Shown here in pieces: positions 7,934-16,414 of a stretch of DNA of 32,000 nucleotides. Numbering within the stretch: the stretch's first letter is position 1; the number at the start of each line of letters is the position of its first letter. A model generated the notes under the pieces. The model was not told the DNA's origin. It did no database searches and was given only the letters and a program-made list of their open reading frames with translations. Source of the DNA: Planctopirus limnophila DSM 3776 (GTDB lineage Bacteria; Planctomycetota; Planctomycetia; Planctomycetales; Planctomycetaceae); contig NC_014148.1 in the NCBI RefSeq assembly GCF_000092105.1, positions 810,001 through 842,000 of the forward strand. Direction: 5' to 3'. The translations under genes and the position numbers were made by a program.

Positions 7934-10248
7934 CAGTTTTTAGCCAGCGGTTCAAGTTCAGCAACAGAAAGTGGAGTCTCTCCACGTTGCCACTGGTTGT
8001 AACCAATTTCCTCACGAAAGCGACTGAATCCACCACCAGGGCCGGTGATGGCCGAGAGTATGCCGTACTTTTTCGCTGAAAAGGCGAGTTCGCTCTTCTC
8101 GGAGAGATCCCACTCCTGTGTGTTCAAACCATGGATGGAAGTACCTGGCTTACGGGAATTGAGGAAAGCAATGGTCAGTTTGGAGGGGTCCACTTCGCCA
8201 CCGTTAAAGAATTTACTGAAGCTGGGTGGGTCTTTCACAATGACGACCGGCTTCCCTTTGAATCCCACCCACTTGGAAACATTGTAAACGTTGTTCCGTC
8301 CTGTCCATTGGCGTCCGTTCGGGCTTCCATCAGCTCCCAGGAACGACATGCCCAGCGAATCGCACTTGAAGACATCGTGGAGTGCTTTCACACTGAGTTC
8401 GCCGCTGAATTTCTCTGCGACAAAGCCATCGATCGTATGCACAGCACTTGCATAAATGCCGATCGACAGCTCTTTTTGACCAGAGATTTCAAATCCTTTC
8501 GTGGCGAAAATCACGCTGTTATCGATTGTTACCTTCTGGTTATCTGCGACATCGAGTTGCATGGCTGTCGCACTGGTGGCCAGCAACGAATTTTTAACGA
8601 CGATGACAGCGCTTCCTTTGGAACTGATCGCCACCACTCCGCGTTTGGTTCCTTCAGAGAGGGCGCAGTTAAGTAATCGCAACTGCCCGCCATTCACCTG
8701 CAGAATTTTCCATGGAATCGAAGACGATCCCGACGGTGGATCCATCTGCAATCGGAGTCCTTCCAGCGTGACGACACCACTGTCGATCGTGAACAGGGCA
8801 CGGGCAATCTCATCTTTCTCAGGTCGATATCTCAGGCCAGTGCTGTCATATCCCACACCATACTCAAGCACGGGTGTGTAGCCGAAGCCTGCTGTGATCG
8901 TGACATCCTGCTTGAACAGATCGTTCTGGCAGCGATAGGGGCCATTCCCATCAATACGAATGACTTCCCCAGGCTTGGCAGCGGCCACTGCTTCCTGCAG
9001 GGAAGAAAAGCGTGGTAAGCCTTCGCGTCCCGGCAGACAAAAGGCTTGTTCAGGCTCCCCTTCCAGCAATCGCGAAATATCGCTGCCCAGATTGGCCTTC
9101 CTCAAGAACAAAACCGCAAAGGCGGTATCAGCCGGGCTTTCTTTGGAATCTGGCCACGAACCATCTGGCTTCTGAGCCTTCAAGAGAGCTGTGGCCCCTT
9201 GATCGAACCACTTCACGTCTCCGAGGCGTTCCAATCCCAGGAGCACACCCAGACGCTCAATGGACCACATGAAATAGCGGGCCGATCCGGGGCTCATCCC
9301 TTTGGCGTAGTAGCCAACTTGAGTGAATCCTTTGGCATAGACAGGATCTTGCAGTAACGTGGCTTTTTCGGCGCCTTTCGCGGTTGATGAATTGCGGGTG
9401 GCTGCATTCTTCTGAAGTTCTTCGCGAATCTTGGTGGCTCGTGCAACTGTCAGGCAGAACAAACCTGCTGATGTCATCGCACCTGTGCTATCCGTTTTCG
9501 TGCCCTTGGGGTTGTAAGGCCAGCCACCGTCTTCATTTTGCGAATCGACAAATCGTGCAGCGACCAGTTGCATCGCTTCATCGATCGGTACGCCGTACCG
9601 CGAACAGACCCACAACCCCAGCACACCAAACTGAGTACAGCTGTTATCTCCCATGCCAGCTTTTCGCTTCGGGGCACGGGCCGTGGACGAAAGCGAAGTC
9701 GCATCGACCGTCGGACAGGTATATGTCCACCCGCCGCTTTCCAACTGGCCAGCGAGTAATCGGGCGCCAATCGTACGAATCAAAGCCTTGTCGGCACGAT
9801 CACCAACGCGTGCCAGGAGCAGTGCCGCCAGCGTGAGGTCGTACGTCTGTTTCAGCTCGCCATCAATCCCCCGTCGAACACTTTTGTAGCCTTTATCAAC
9901 GACCGGGTCATACAACGGCACACCATTCTCAATGAGCGCGAGGGTACACAAAGCGGTAATCCCAACCTGGTGCCCTTCATACACCCAGCTTCCATCGGCC
10001 TCCTGCTTCGACTTCAGATATTCCAGCCCTTTGAGTCGCCCGGCTTCAATGGCCGCAGGATCGGCCGCAAAAGTGACGGACGAATGCGCCAAACTCTGTA
10101 CGAAGGCAGCCAGCCCGATACCCACAATCCACAGGCGTAAAGATCGGCTCATTTGCCACTCCCTTTGCTCAAGCAAACGCATCAATAAGTTTTGATAATT
10201 TATTGAGTGTACAGCGAGCACCGGAGCAAGCAATGGGAGTTCAGCCAA
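7933..10248 (-). CDS. Secreted protein: prenyltransferase/terpene-cyclase-like alpha-toroid repeats plus right-handed beta-helix-like C-terminal half
   Basis: Signal peptide MSRSLRLWIVGIGLAAFVQSLAHS (likely true start ATG 10152). Repeats DGSWVYEG, GGWTY, DGGWPYNP, DGSWPDS are typical of prenyltransferase/squalene-oxidase repeats. FSSLQEAVAAAKPGEVIRIDGNGPY followed by short repetitive beta-like segments suggests a parallel beta-helix. Confidence 0.6.
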   Translation of the reverse strand: MAELPLLAPVLAVHSINYQNLLMRLLEQREWQMSRSLRLWIVGIGLAAFVQSLAHSSVTFAADPAAIEAGRLKGLEYLKSKQEADGSWVYEGHQVGITALCTLALIENGVPLYDPVVDKGYKSVRRGIDGELKQTYDLTLAALLLARVGDRADKALIRTIGARLLAGQLESGGWTYTCPTVDATSLSSTARAPKRKAGMGDNSCTQFGVLGLWVCSRYGVPIDEAMQLVAARFVDSQNEDGGWPYNPKGTKTDSTGAMTSAGLFCLTVARATKIREELQKNAATRNSSTAKGAEKATLLQDPVYAKGFTQVGYYAKGMSPGSARYFMWSIERLGVLLGLERLGDVKWFDQGATALLKAQKPDGSWPDSKESPADTAFAVLFLRKANLGSDISRLLEGEPEQAFCLPGREGLPRFSSLQEAVAAAKPGEVIRIDGNGPYRCQNDLFKQDVTITAGFGYTPVLEYGVGYDSTGLRYRPEKDEIARALFTIDSGVVTLEGLRLQMDPPSGSSSIPWKILQVNGGQLRLLNCALSEGTKRGVVAISSKGSAVIVVKNSLLATSATAMQLDVADNQKVTIDNSVIFATKGFEISGQKELSIGIYASAVHTIDGFVAEKFSGELSVKALHDVFKCDSLGMSFLGADGSPNGRQWTGRNNVYNVSKWVGFKGKPVVIVKDPPSFSKFFNGGEVDPSKLTIAFLNSRKPGTSIHGLNTQEWDLSEKSELAFSAKKYGILSAITGPGGGFSRFREEIGYNQWQRGETPLSVAELEPLAKN

Positions 10249-10260
10249 AGCCCGGCAATT

Positions 10261-10851
10261 TCACGCAGCTCGACGACCTGCTGGTTCGTCGGCCTGACGC
10301 ACTCCTTCTCGCCTTAACACCTTGATGGAAGTCATCCACAGAATCTGCAGATCAAACCACAAAGATTGCCGACGAGCGTACTCGGCATCTAAAGCGACTT
10401 TCTCGGGAATCGATAACTCATCGCGACCGTTGATCTGTGCCCAGCCCGTGAGGCCTGGCCGCAATAGATGGACGCGCTCCGCTGTCCGTGCTGCCACGAG
10501 GTCATCCTGATTGAACAGTGCCGGACGCGGGCCGACAAAACTCATATCACCCCGCAGAATCGACCACAGTTGCGGCAGTTCATCGAGACTCGTCTTGCGG
10601 AGAAAATGACCCACTGGCGTGATCCACGAACGTGAGTCAGTGAGTAAATGAGTCGCGACCACCGGCGTATCGATCCGCATCGAGCGAAACTTCGGCATCG
10701 GGAAAATTTCGTTGTTCTGGCCGACTCGGTTCGACCAGTAAAGTGCCGGCCCACGCGATGTCAGTCGCACCACGCAGGCAATCGCCATCATGAGCGGCAG
10801 CAGCACCATTCCTGCTGATAAGGCCAGCACAACGTCAAATGCACGCTTCAC
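10261..10851 (-). CDS. Small bacterial sugar transferase (PglC/WbaP-C-like initiating phosphoglycosyl transferase)
   Basis: 196 aa with a GTG start and a re-entrant N-terminal helix. Motifs [29 protein letters not shown] and [22 protein letters not shown]. The C-terminus is ...GRRAA. Confidence 0.85.
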   Translation of the reverse strand: MKRAFDVVLALSAGMVLLPLMMAIACVVRLTSRGPALYWSNRVGQNNEIFPMPKFRSMRIDTPVVATHLLTDSRSWITPVGHFLRKTSLDELPQLWSILRGDMSFVGPRPALFNQDDLVAARTAERVHLLRPGLTGWAQINGRDELSIPEKVALDAEYARRQSLWFDLQILWMTSIKVLRREGVRQADEPAGRRAA

Positions 10852-10894
10852 CTGAAAACCTCAATCTCGCACACGATCCTCATGGCCAACGGCT

Positions 10895-11935
10895 CTAAGC
10901 CGCCCGTTGACAATGTCTCGCCGATTCAAGAGTTTCGATCAAGTTCAGTTCGCCAGCCGCATCTCGCCAGCCATCCACCAGGGAAACTGCCGGAGCCATC
11001 CCCAGCTCCCGCCAAAGTGCCGACCCATCCACCGCCACATCTTCACACATTTTGTCCACCAGCCACCTGCCGACGGGTGCCTTCCGCCGAACGGCATGAA
11101 ACATGGCCTCGACCACACCCAACCCACTCCGCGTCATGTTTCTGGGGATACGCAGTATTCTCGCACGTCCACCTGTTGCTTCGCGGATTGAAGCCAGGAT
11201 CTCATTGAGTGAGTAAATCGTCGAGTCGCAAACATTCCAGATACGTTGTGTCGATGGATCGGCTTTCAACTCGGCAGCGATCAACCGCGAAAGATCAGCC
11301 GCATGGATCAACGTGCGGCGGTTCGATCCGTCGCCAATGCATGGCAGCACTCCATATCGTCCCAGCTTTAAAAGGGTTCGATAGTTCCCCTTGAGCCCCC
11401 GTCCCAAAACAGCGGCCAACCGCCAGATGGTGACATTCGGAAAGGTTAAGCCCACTTCCTCAGCTGCCAGCTTGCTTTCTGAGTACCAGTCGATTGGACA
11501 AGGAGCCGTCGATTCATTCACCACGCCCTGCTGAAAGGCCGAGCCATAAACATTGATGGTGCTGGCTAAAATCACACGTTTGACGCCGCATTCGCTGGCC
11601 GCCTCACAGACATGGCGGGAGCCAGCGACGTTCACTTGCCAATACTTCTGCTTAATGTCGCTCCCGGGATTATTGATATGTAGAAGTGCCGCCAGATGAA
11701 TGACGGCAGCAGCACCGCTCATCGCCGTGGCCAGCGCACGCGTGTCGTCAAGATCGGCGACGACGGATTCATCAGCGATATCGAGTCCTACTGCCGAACG
11801 CCCCACGGCCCGCACATGAAAACCCGCCACTCGCAACCCCAGACAAACCTGCCGCCCCACCGCACCGGTTGCCCCAGTAACAGCGACGGTTTGCGGTATC
11901 ACCTCACAGTGATTTTGATGAGTAGCAAACTCCAT
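10895..11935 (-). CDS. NAD-dependent epimerase/dehydratase family protein (SDR)
   Basis: Rossmann motif VAVTGATGAVGRQV and catalytic YSESK (YxxxK). The C-terminus is ...CQRAA. The ATG shares 1 nt with the upstream stop (TAATG). Confidence 0.8.
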   Translation of the reverse strand: MEFATHQNHCEVIPQTVAVTGATGAVGRQVCLGLRVAGFHVRAVGRSAVGLDIADESVVADLDDTRALATAMSGAAAVIHLAALLHINNPGSDIKQKYWQVNVAGSRHVCEAASECGVKRVILASTINVYGSAFQQGVVNESTAPCPIDWYSESKLAAEEVGLTFPNVTIWRLAAVLGRGLKGNYRTLLKLGRYGVLPCIGDGSNRRTLIHAADLSRLIAAELKADPSTQRIWNVCDSTIYSLNEILASIREATGGRARILRIPRNMTRSGLGVVEAMFHAVRRKAPVGRWLVDKMCEDVAVDGSALWRELGMAPAVSLVDGWRDAAGELNLIETLESARHCQRAA

Positions 11936-13119
11936 TATGCCGCTTTCCGACGTGTGATCGAATCGTCACTGACGGGTACGAGCCTTTGATAGAGTCGAAT
12001 CGTCTGCTCTGCGATCAATGTCGAAGTAAATTCCTCTTCTACTAAACGACGTCCACCTTGTCCGAAGGTTTGGCGTATCTCAGGATGCGATAGTGCAAAA
12101 TGTATCGCTTCTGCTAAAGCTGTACTCTCTTTAATGGGTATCAACCAGCCATTGAGCCCAGGGCGGCAAATTTCCCGGCAGCCTCGGATATCTGTCGTGA
12201 TAATGGCCCTGCCGCAAGCCGCAGCTTCGAGGAGGACTTTTGGTAGTCCCTCTCCATAGAAGCTGGGGAGGCACACAAGTTGCGCCTGGCTGAAAACAGT
12301 TTGCATATCTGACTGGTGTTCCCACCATTCAATGACGCCATCTCGTTGCCATGCCCGCAACTGCGATTCCGATACATGATCAGGATTGTCTGTATCTGTC
12401 CGCCCCACCAGCACAAAGCGACTTTCACAACCCTTAGATCTTAGTAACTGAGCAGCATCCACAAATTGCTGCACGCCTTTAGACCACAGCATGCGGCAGG
12501 CCATGACAACAATCGATGGCTGTGCCGGTTCAGGCACCGGGTGAAATGACTCGATATCAACGCCCGCGCCTCGGATCAAACAGATTTCCTCTTGTCGAAC
12601 GATCCCGGAATCGACCAACTCACGCTCGTCATCACTATTCTGAACGATGACTGGTGACCGAAGACCCAAAAAACAACCTCTAAGGATCGTCCGGATGGCG
12701 GTACGGCCCAACGCAGCCTTCCATCCTTTAGCGGCGAAGACATAACCCAGTCCTGCAAACGCATTGACGATCTGCGGCACTCCCGCCAAACGAGCTGCCA
12801 ATGTACCCAGCAACACATTTTTTAATGCGACGTTATGCACAAGATCGGGTTGAAGCTCTCGCAGAATTTTCGCCAACCGGGTAACGACACGCAGATTGCT
12901 GAAAGGGTCAATCGAACGTCTCGGGCATGCAAACGAGATCACACGAATCCCTTCGGATTCGATTTTCTCTTGATAAGTGCTGGTACGTGTGACTAGAGAA
13001 ACGCGGTAGCCCGCCGCCATGGCGGCCCTGGCCAGATGCAGGCGGTGCGACCAGAAATACCAGTCTTCACTGATCAGATAAACCAGATGTGGCTGCGTCA
13101 CGTCAGGCGGCCCGTTCAT
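11935..13119 (-). CDS. Glycosyltransferase family 4 (GT-B)
   Basis: N-terminus LVYLISEDWYFWSHRLHLARAA and C-terminal EGLPKVLLEAAACGRAIITTDIRGCRE (EX7E-type motif). The C-terminus is ...RRKAA. Confidence 0.8.
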   Translation of the reverse strand: MNGPPDVTQPHLVYLISEDWYFWSHRLHLARAAMAAGYRVSLVTRTSTYQEKIESEGIRVISFACPRRSIDPFSNLRVVTRLAKILRELQPDLVHNVALKNVLLGTLAARLAGVPQIVNAFAGLGYVFAAKGWKAALGRTAIRTILRGCFLGLRSPVIVQNSDDERELVDSGIVRQEEICLIRGAGVDIESFHPVPEPAQPSIVVMACRMLWSKGVQQFVDAAQLLRSKGCESRFVLVGRTDTDNPDHVSESQLRAWQRDGVIEWWEHQSDMQTVFSQAQLVCLPSFYGEGLPKVLLEAAACGRAIITTDIRGCREICRPGLNGWLIPIKESTALAEAIHFALSHPEIRQTFGQGGRRLVEEEFTSTLIAEQTIRLYQRLVPVSDDSITRRKAA

Positions 13120-13828
13120 GGAGGGAAGAGTTGGCCGACTTGGTGGCCGTCAACAGAAACCCTGTCGTTGCCGATGGGGTTCGATGCCCCCGCTGCAAAC
13201 TCCCCGGCAACCGTGCCAGCAGGTGATTGGCCAGCCGCAAAGGGGCAAACAACCACCCGGGCGAAGCTGTCGAACAAAGATCGGAAACGACATGCAGGCG
13301 ATGTCCGTGAGAAATAATCTCCACGTTGTCAAACTCTTTAAAGAGCGATTCGAGGCAATGCCGGGTGGGTCGCCAGAAGTCGTAAGGGTCGCCATGCTGA
13401 TGAAACATGAACGGGACAGAAAGCACCACACGACCGCCCGGCTTGAGCACGCGCGTAATCTGCGAACAGAGTGTGAATGGATCCGCAATGTGTTCCATAC
13501 ATTCGGTGGCCACGACGCAGTCAAAGCGTCCGTCTTCAAAGGGCATACTGAGGACATCGGCCACCACGTCAGTCACGCCGGGTACTTCTTCGATATCGAG
13601 GCAGACATACTCCTGGGCGCCCTGGAACAGATGCCGGTAAGGATCATGCCCCGCCCCGCAGATCAGGACCGATTTGCAGGCTGAAAGATCCAGCTGCCGC
13701 AACGACTTCTCCAGCAGCAACCGCCGCGAAGTCGGCAACATCTGACGCACCCAGTGCCGGGGATTGAGGAGAGAATGACGTATATTCATTATATAAAACC
13801 TTAGTATCAATCCATGAGAAATACTCAT
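13103..13828 (-). CDS. Class I SAM-dependent methyltransferase
   Basis: VLICGAGHDPY (motif I-like) and LSMPFEDGRFDCVVATECMEHIADP. Alternative start ATG 13789. It overlaps the next gene by 17 nt. The C-terminus is ...HERAA. Confidence 0.75.
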   Translation of the reverse strand: MSISHGLILRFYIMNIRHSLLNPRHWVRQMLPTSRRLLLEKSLRQLDLSACKSVLICGAGHDPYRHLFQGAQEYVCLDIEEVPGVTDVVADVLSMPFEDGRFDCVVATECMEHIADPFTLCSQITRVLKPGGRVVLSVPFMFHQHGDPYDFWRPTRHCLESLFKEFDNVEIISHGHRLHVVSDLCSTASPGWLFAPLRLANHLLARLPGSLQRGHRTPSATTGFLLTATKSANSSLHERAA

Positions 13829-14988
13829 TGCATTTTAGAGTTCACATTCGTTATCACTTCGCGCCAGGAATCAATATGCTGCATGGTTGTTGCCTCGATG
13901 CCGAACTCATGCACAATTCGCTCGCGACATGATTCGCCCAATTCCAGTCGGGAAGCCTCACTTTTAGATGCAAACTCAAGCATCGCTTCGTGAAGTTTAT
14001 CAACACTGTGTTTTGGTACCACGACCCCACAGTCGCCTACGACAAAGCTGGAACCTCCTGTATCGCTGACAATACAGGGAACTCCACACGCCATCGCCTC
14101 GCCGATACTGTTGGGAAATCCTTCGTCAACATTCGACATGAGGACTCCGACATCAAGACTCATCTGAATCGACTTCACATCGCTGCGAGGTTGTAAGAAG
14201 TGAAAGTGCGAACGGTGTTCACAATCTTTAAGGATCTCCTGAAACACAGGATCATCCCCAGAAATGCCATGGCCGAACAGGACAAACTTGGCATTTGAAA
14301 CCTGAGCACAAGTCAGAACGGCTGCCCGAAGGAATGTCTCGTGATCTTTTGACTTATGCCGCCTGGCAACCATTCCAAACAGAATCTCATCTTTCGCAAC
14401 CTGCAATTCTTCACGCACCTGTTTTCGAACCAGAGGATCCGAACGGAACAGATCAGAATCGAAGCCATTAGGAATCATCCTGAGTTTATCTTTAGGATAT
14501 TTCAGCCGTTCATGAGTTAAGAGGACAGAAGGTGAATTTCCAATGATGAGCGATGGAATCCACCGCGAAATAGAGGCACAAAGAAACCGAAAGAAACGTG
14601 CCGTTCTCCCTGCGATGTCGTCGCCAGCGGCGGTACGGAGATTCCAGACAACGGGCACCTTTCTTGCGACACATTTGGTCAGTAGGCCGCCAAAAAAATC
14701 AGATTGATAAAGCCATGTCACAACCACGTCGGGTTGAATCACTTTCAGCAATCTGAGCAATTTTATACAAGCAATCGGCACCGTAAGTGAATAATCCATC
14801 CGGATGCAATCTACTTCGCAGCCCAAGCTACGGAATTCCTCTCCTAAATTGCCTCGTGATGTCAGCGAAACAACAAATGAACAAATACCTTTTGTGGAAG
14901 AATAACGCACAATTTTCTGAAGAGCTCTTTGTGCCCCTCCGAGTTCAAAACTGTTGATGATATGAAGTACTTTCATCAAATTTTTCAA
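13825..14988 (-). CDS. Glycosyltransferase family 4 (GT-B)
   Basis: MKVLHIINSFELGGAQ (likely true start ATG 14976; the ORF-track start is TTG) and EGFPNSIGEAMACGVPCIVSDTGG. Its stop overlaps the next ATG (ATGA). This is the only protein in the cluster without an AA terminus (...NSKMQ). Confidence 0.8.
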   Translation of the reverse strand: MKNLMKVLHIINSFELGGAQRALQKIVRYSSTKGICSFVVSLTSRGNLGEEFRSLGCEVDCIRMDYSLTVPIACIKLLRLLKVIQPDVVVTWLYQSDFFGGLLTKCVARKVPVVWNLRTAAGDDIAGRTARFFRFLCASISRWIPSLIIGNSPSVLLTHERLKYPKDKLRMIPNGFDSDLFRSDPLVRKQVREELQVAKDEILFGMVARRHKSKDHETFLRAAVLTCAQVSNAKFVLFGHGISGDDPVFQEILKDCEHRSHFHFLQPRSDVKSIQMSLDVGVLMSNVDEGFPNSIGEAMACGVPCIVSDTGGSSFVVGDCGVVVPKHSVDKLHEAMLEFASKSEASRLELGESCRERIVHEFGIEATTMQHIDSWREVITNVNSKMQ

Positions 14989-15035
14989 CTAGCAGGAAGA
15001 CAAAACGACCAGAAAGGGGCGAGAAAATCACAATA

Positions 15036-16394
15036 TCAAGCAGCGGTTCGCCGTCTGCTTACAACTAAAGGGTCACGATATGCGCGTATGTCCTTCGCCA
15101 GATACATTCCATGAGACTTACATGAAATGAAACCTAACAGAAGTAGAACGCCCCGTAAGTCAAGCACATTGTGAGAAAAAAAACCATATAAAATCACCGT
15201 GCATATCATGCATATAGCCATCATGTCACGCCGATGAATCGCCCGCAAAAGAATTGTAGCAAACAAGGTAGCAAGCAGGATTAGGGCCGGAAGACCATTA
15301 TCAAGGAACTGAGCAATATAAATATTATGTGGGCCTTGATCGTGAATCAGAGAATAAGAAAAACGTGTTCCCCAGCCCAGAACAGGTTCTTTCCATGCAA
15401 GATCCAAGAAATATTTTGCAAGATGGGCGCGATAATCATCTTTATTGAAGACAACGTCAAAGTCCCCATTAAGAATTGCTGTTGCCCTCGCTGAACCACT
15501 TCCTTGGCTTGTGTTTTCAACAACCATGCCTATGACTATGGGCGCAGTGATGGCCATTAATGACGCAGTGATTAGGCCAATGAGAATTGTACCCCAGCCC
15601 TTCCTGCAAACGACTGATAAAAATAGAACGCATACGCATGCGAGAACGCATAAGCCGCTTCGTGAGTATGTGGCAAAAACGCAGCCGAGTGAAAGGCAAA
15701 TTGAGCAGAATGACATCAAGTCAATGATTCCGTTTCTCCAATCCAGAGACAAAATGCATAAAAAGCAGATACAGAATGCTCCGTCATTCGAGTTCATGGC
15801 GAAACCGGCGCTTCTGCTGGGTACTGTTGAGAATGTCCCCGGATTGATCAGGTCGATTGCGATGCTGATCGAATATGCACAAAGCCACAGGAAGGAAACA
15901 GATCTCCAGACCGTGTAGGAATTATGTCCATTAACGCTAAGCGCAATTCCAATAAACAACCCGAAAACAAAGCATATGCCATCAAAAAGGGGAAGTACGA
16001 GATAATGCTCTTCGGTTCCCTTTGCAACGCCGAACATGACACTGCAAAAAGCACCCCATCCACTAAGCAGGAGCATAATGCCAAGTGGAGCGCCGACAGT
16101 GCTCAATTGCTGAAAAAGGTACGGTAACCGCACAGTTCTACTGCTAAAAGCAGTAAACAGGCATCCTGCCGCGATAAGCATGATCCATGGATTTGGTGCA
16201 TCGAATCTCACGGAGAGCAGATCATCAGCTTTTGCAACAAAGAAGCAAAGAAAAACGCCTCCAAGGACCGGCAAAAACCACTTTGTTTTAGCAGTGCGAA
16301 TGTGTGTGGAAGAGCTATACAGGTTCTGAGTCCTGTATCGATTGACGGCGATCACTGAGCTGTTTGCTAGCACGTTCGCTTGCCTTTTGTTCAT
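15036..16394 (-). CDS. O-antigen ligase/polymerase-like (Wzy_C family) polytopic membrane protein
   Basis: 452 aa with about 10 or more hydrophobic helices and a central loop ...ATYSRSGLCVLA... It sits between the Wzx-like and GT genes in an AT-rich segment. The C-terminus is ...RRRTAA. Confidence 0.65.
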   Translation of the reverse strand: MNKRQANVLANSSVIAVNRYRTQNLYSSSTHIRTAKTKWFLPVLGGVFLCFFVAKADDLLSVRFDAPNPWIMLIAAGCLFTAFSSRTVRLPYLFQQLSTVGAPLGIMLLLSGWGAFCSVMFGVAKGTEEHYLVLPLFDGICFVFGLFIGIALSVNGHNSYTVWRSVSFLWLCAYSISIAIDLINPGTFSTVPSRSAGFAMNSNDGAFCICFLCILSLDWRNGIIDLMSFCSICLSLGCVFATYSRSGLCVLACVCVLFLSVVCRKGWGTILIGLITASLMAITAPIVIGMVVENTSQGSGSARATAILNGDFDVVFNKDDYRAHLAKYFLDLAWKEPVLGWGTRFSYSLIHDQGPHNIYIAQFLDNGLPALILLATLFATILLRAIHRRDMMAICMICTVILYGFFSHNVLDLRGVLLLLGFISCKSHGMYLAKDIRAYRDPLVVSRRRTAA

Positions 16395-16414
16395 CGAGCG
16401 AAGATGTCCTGGGG

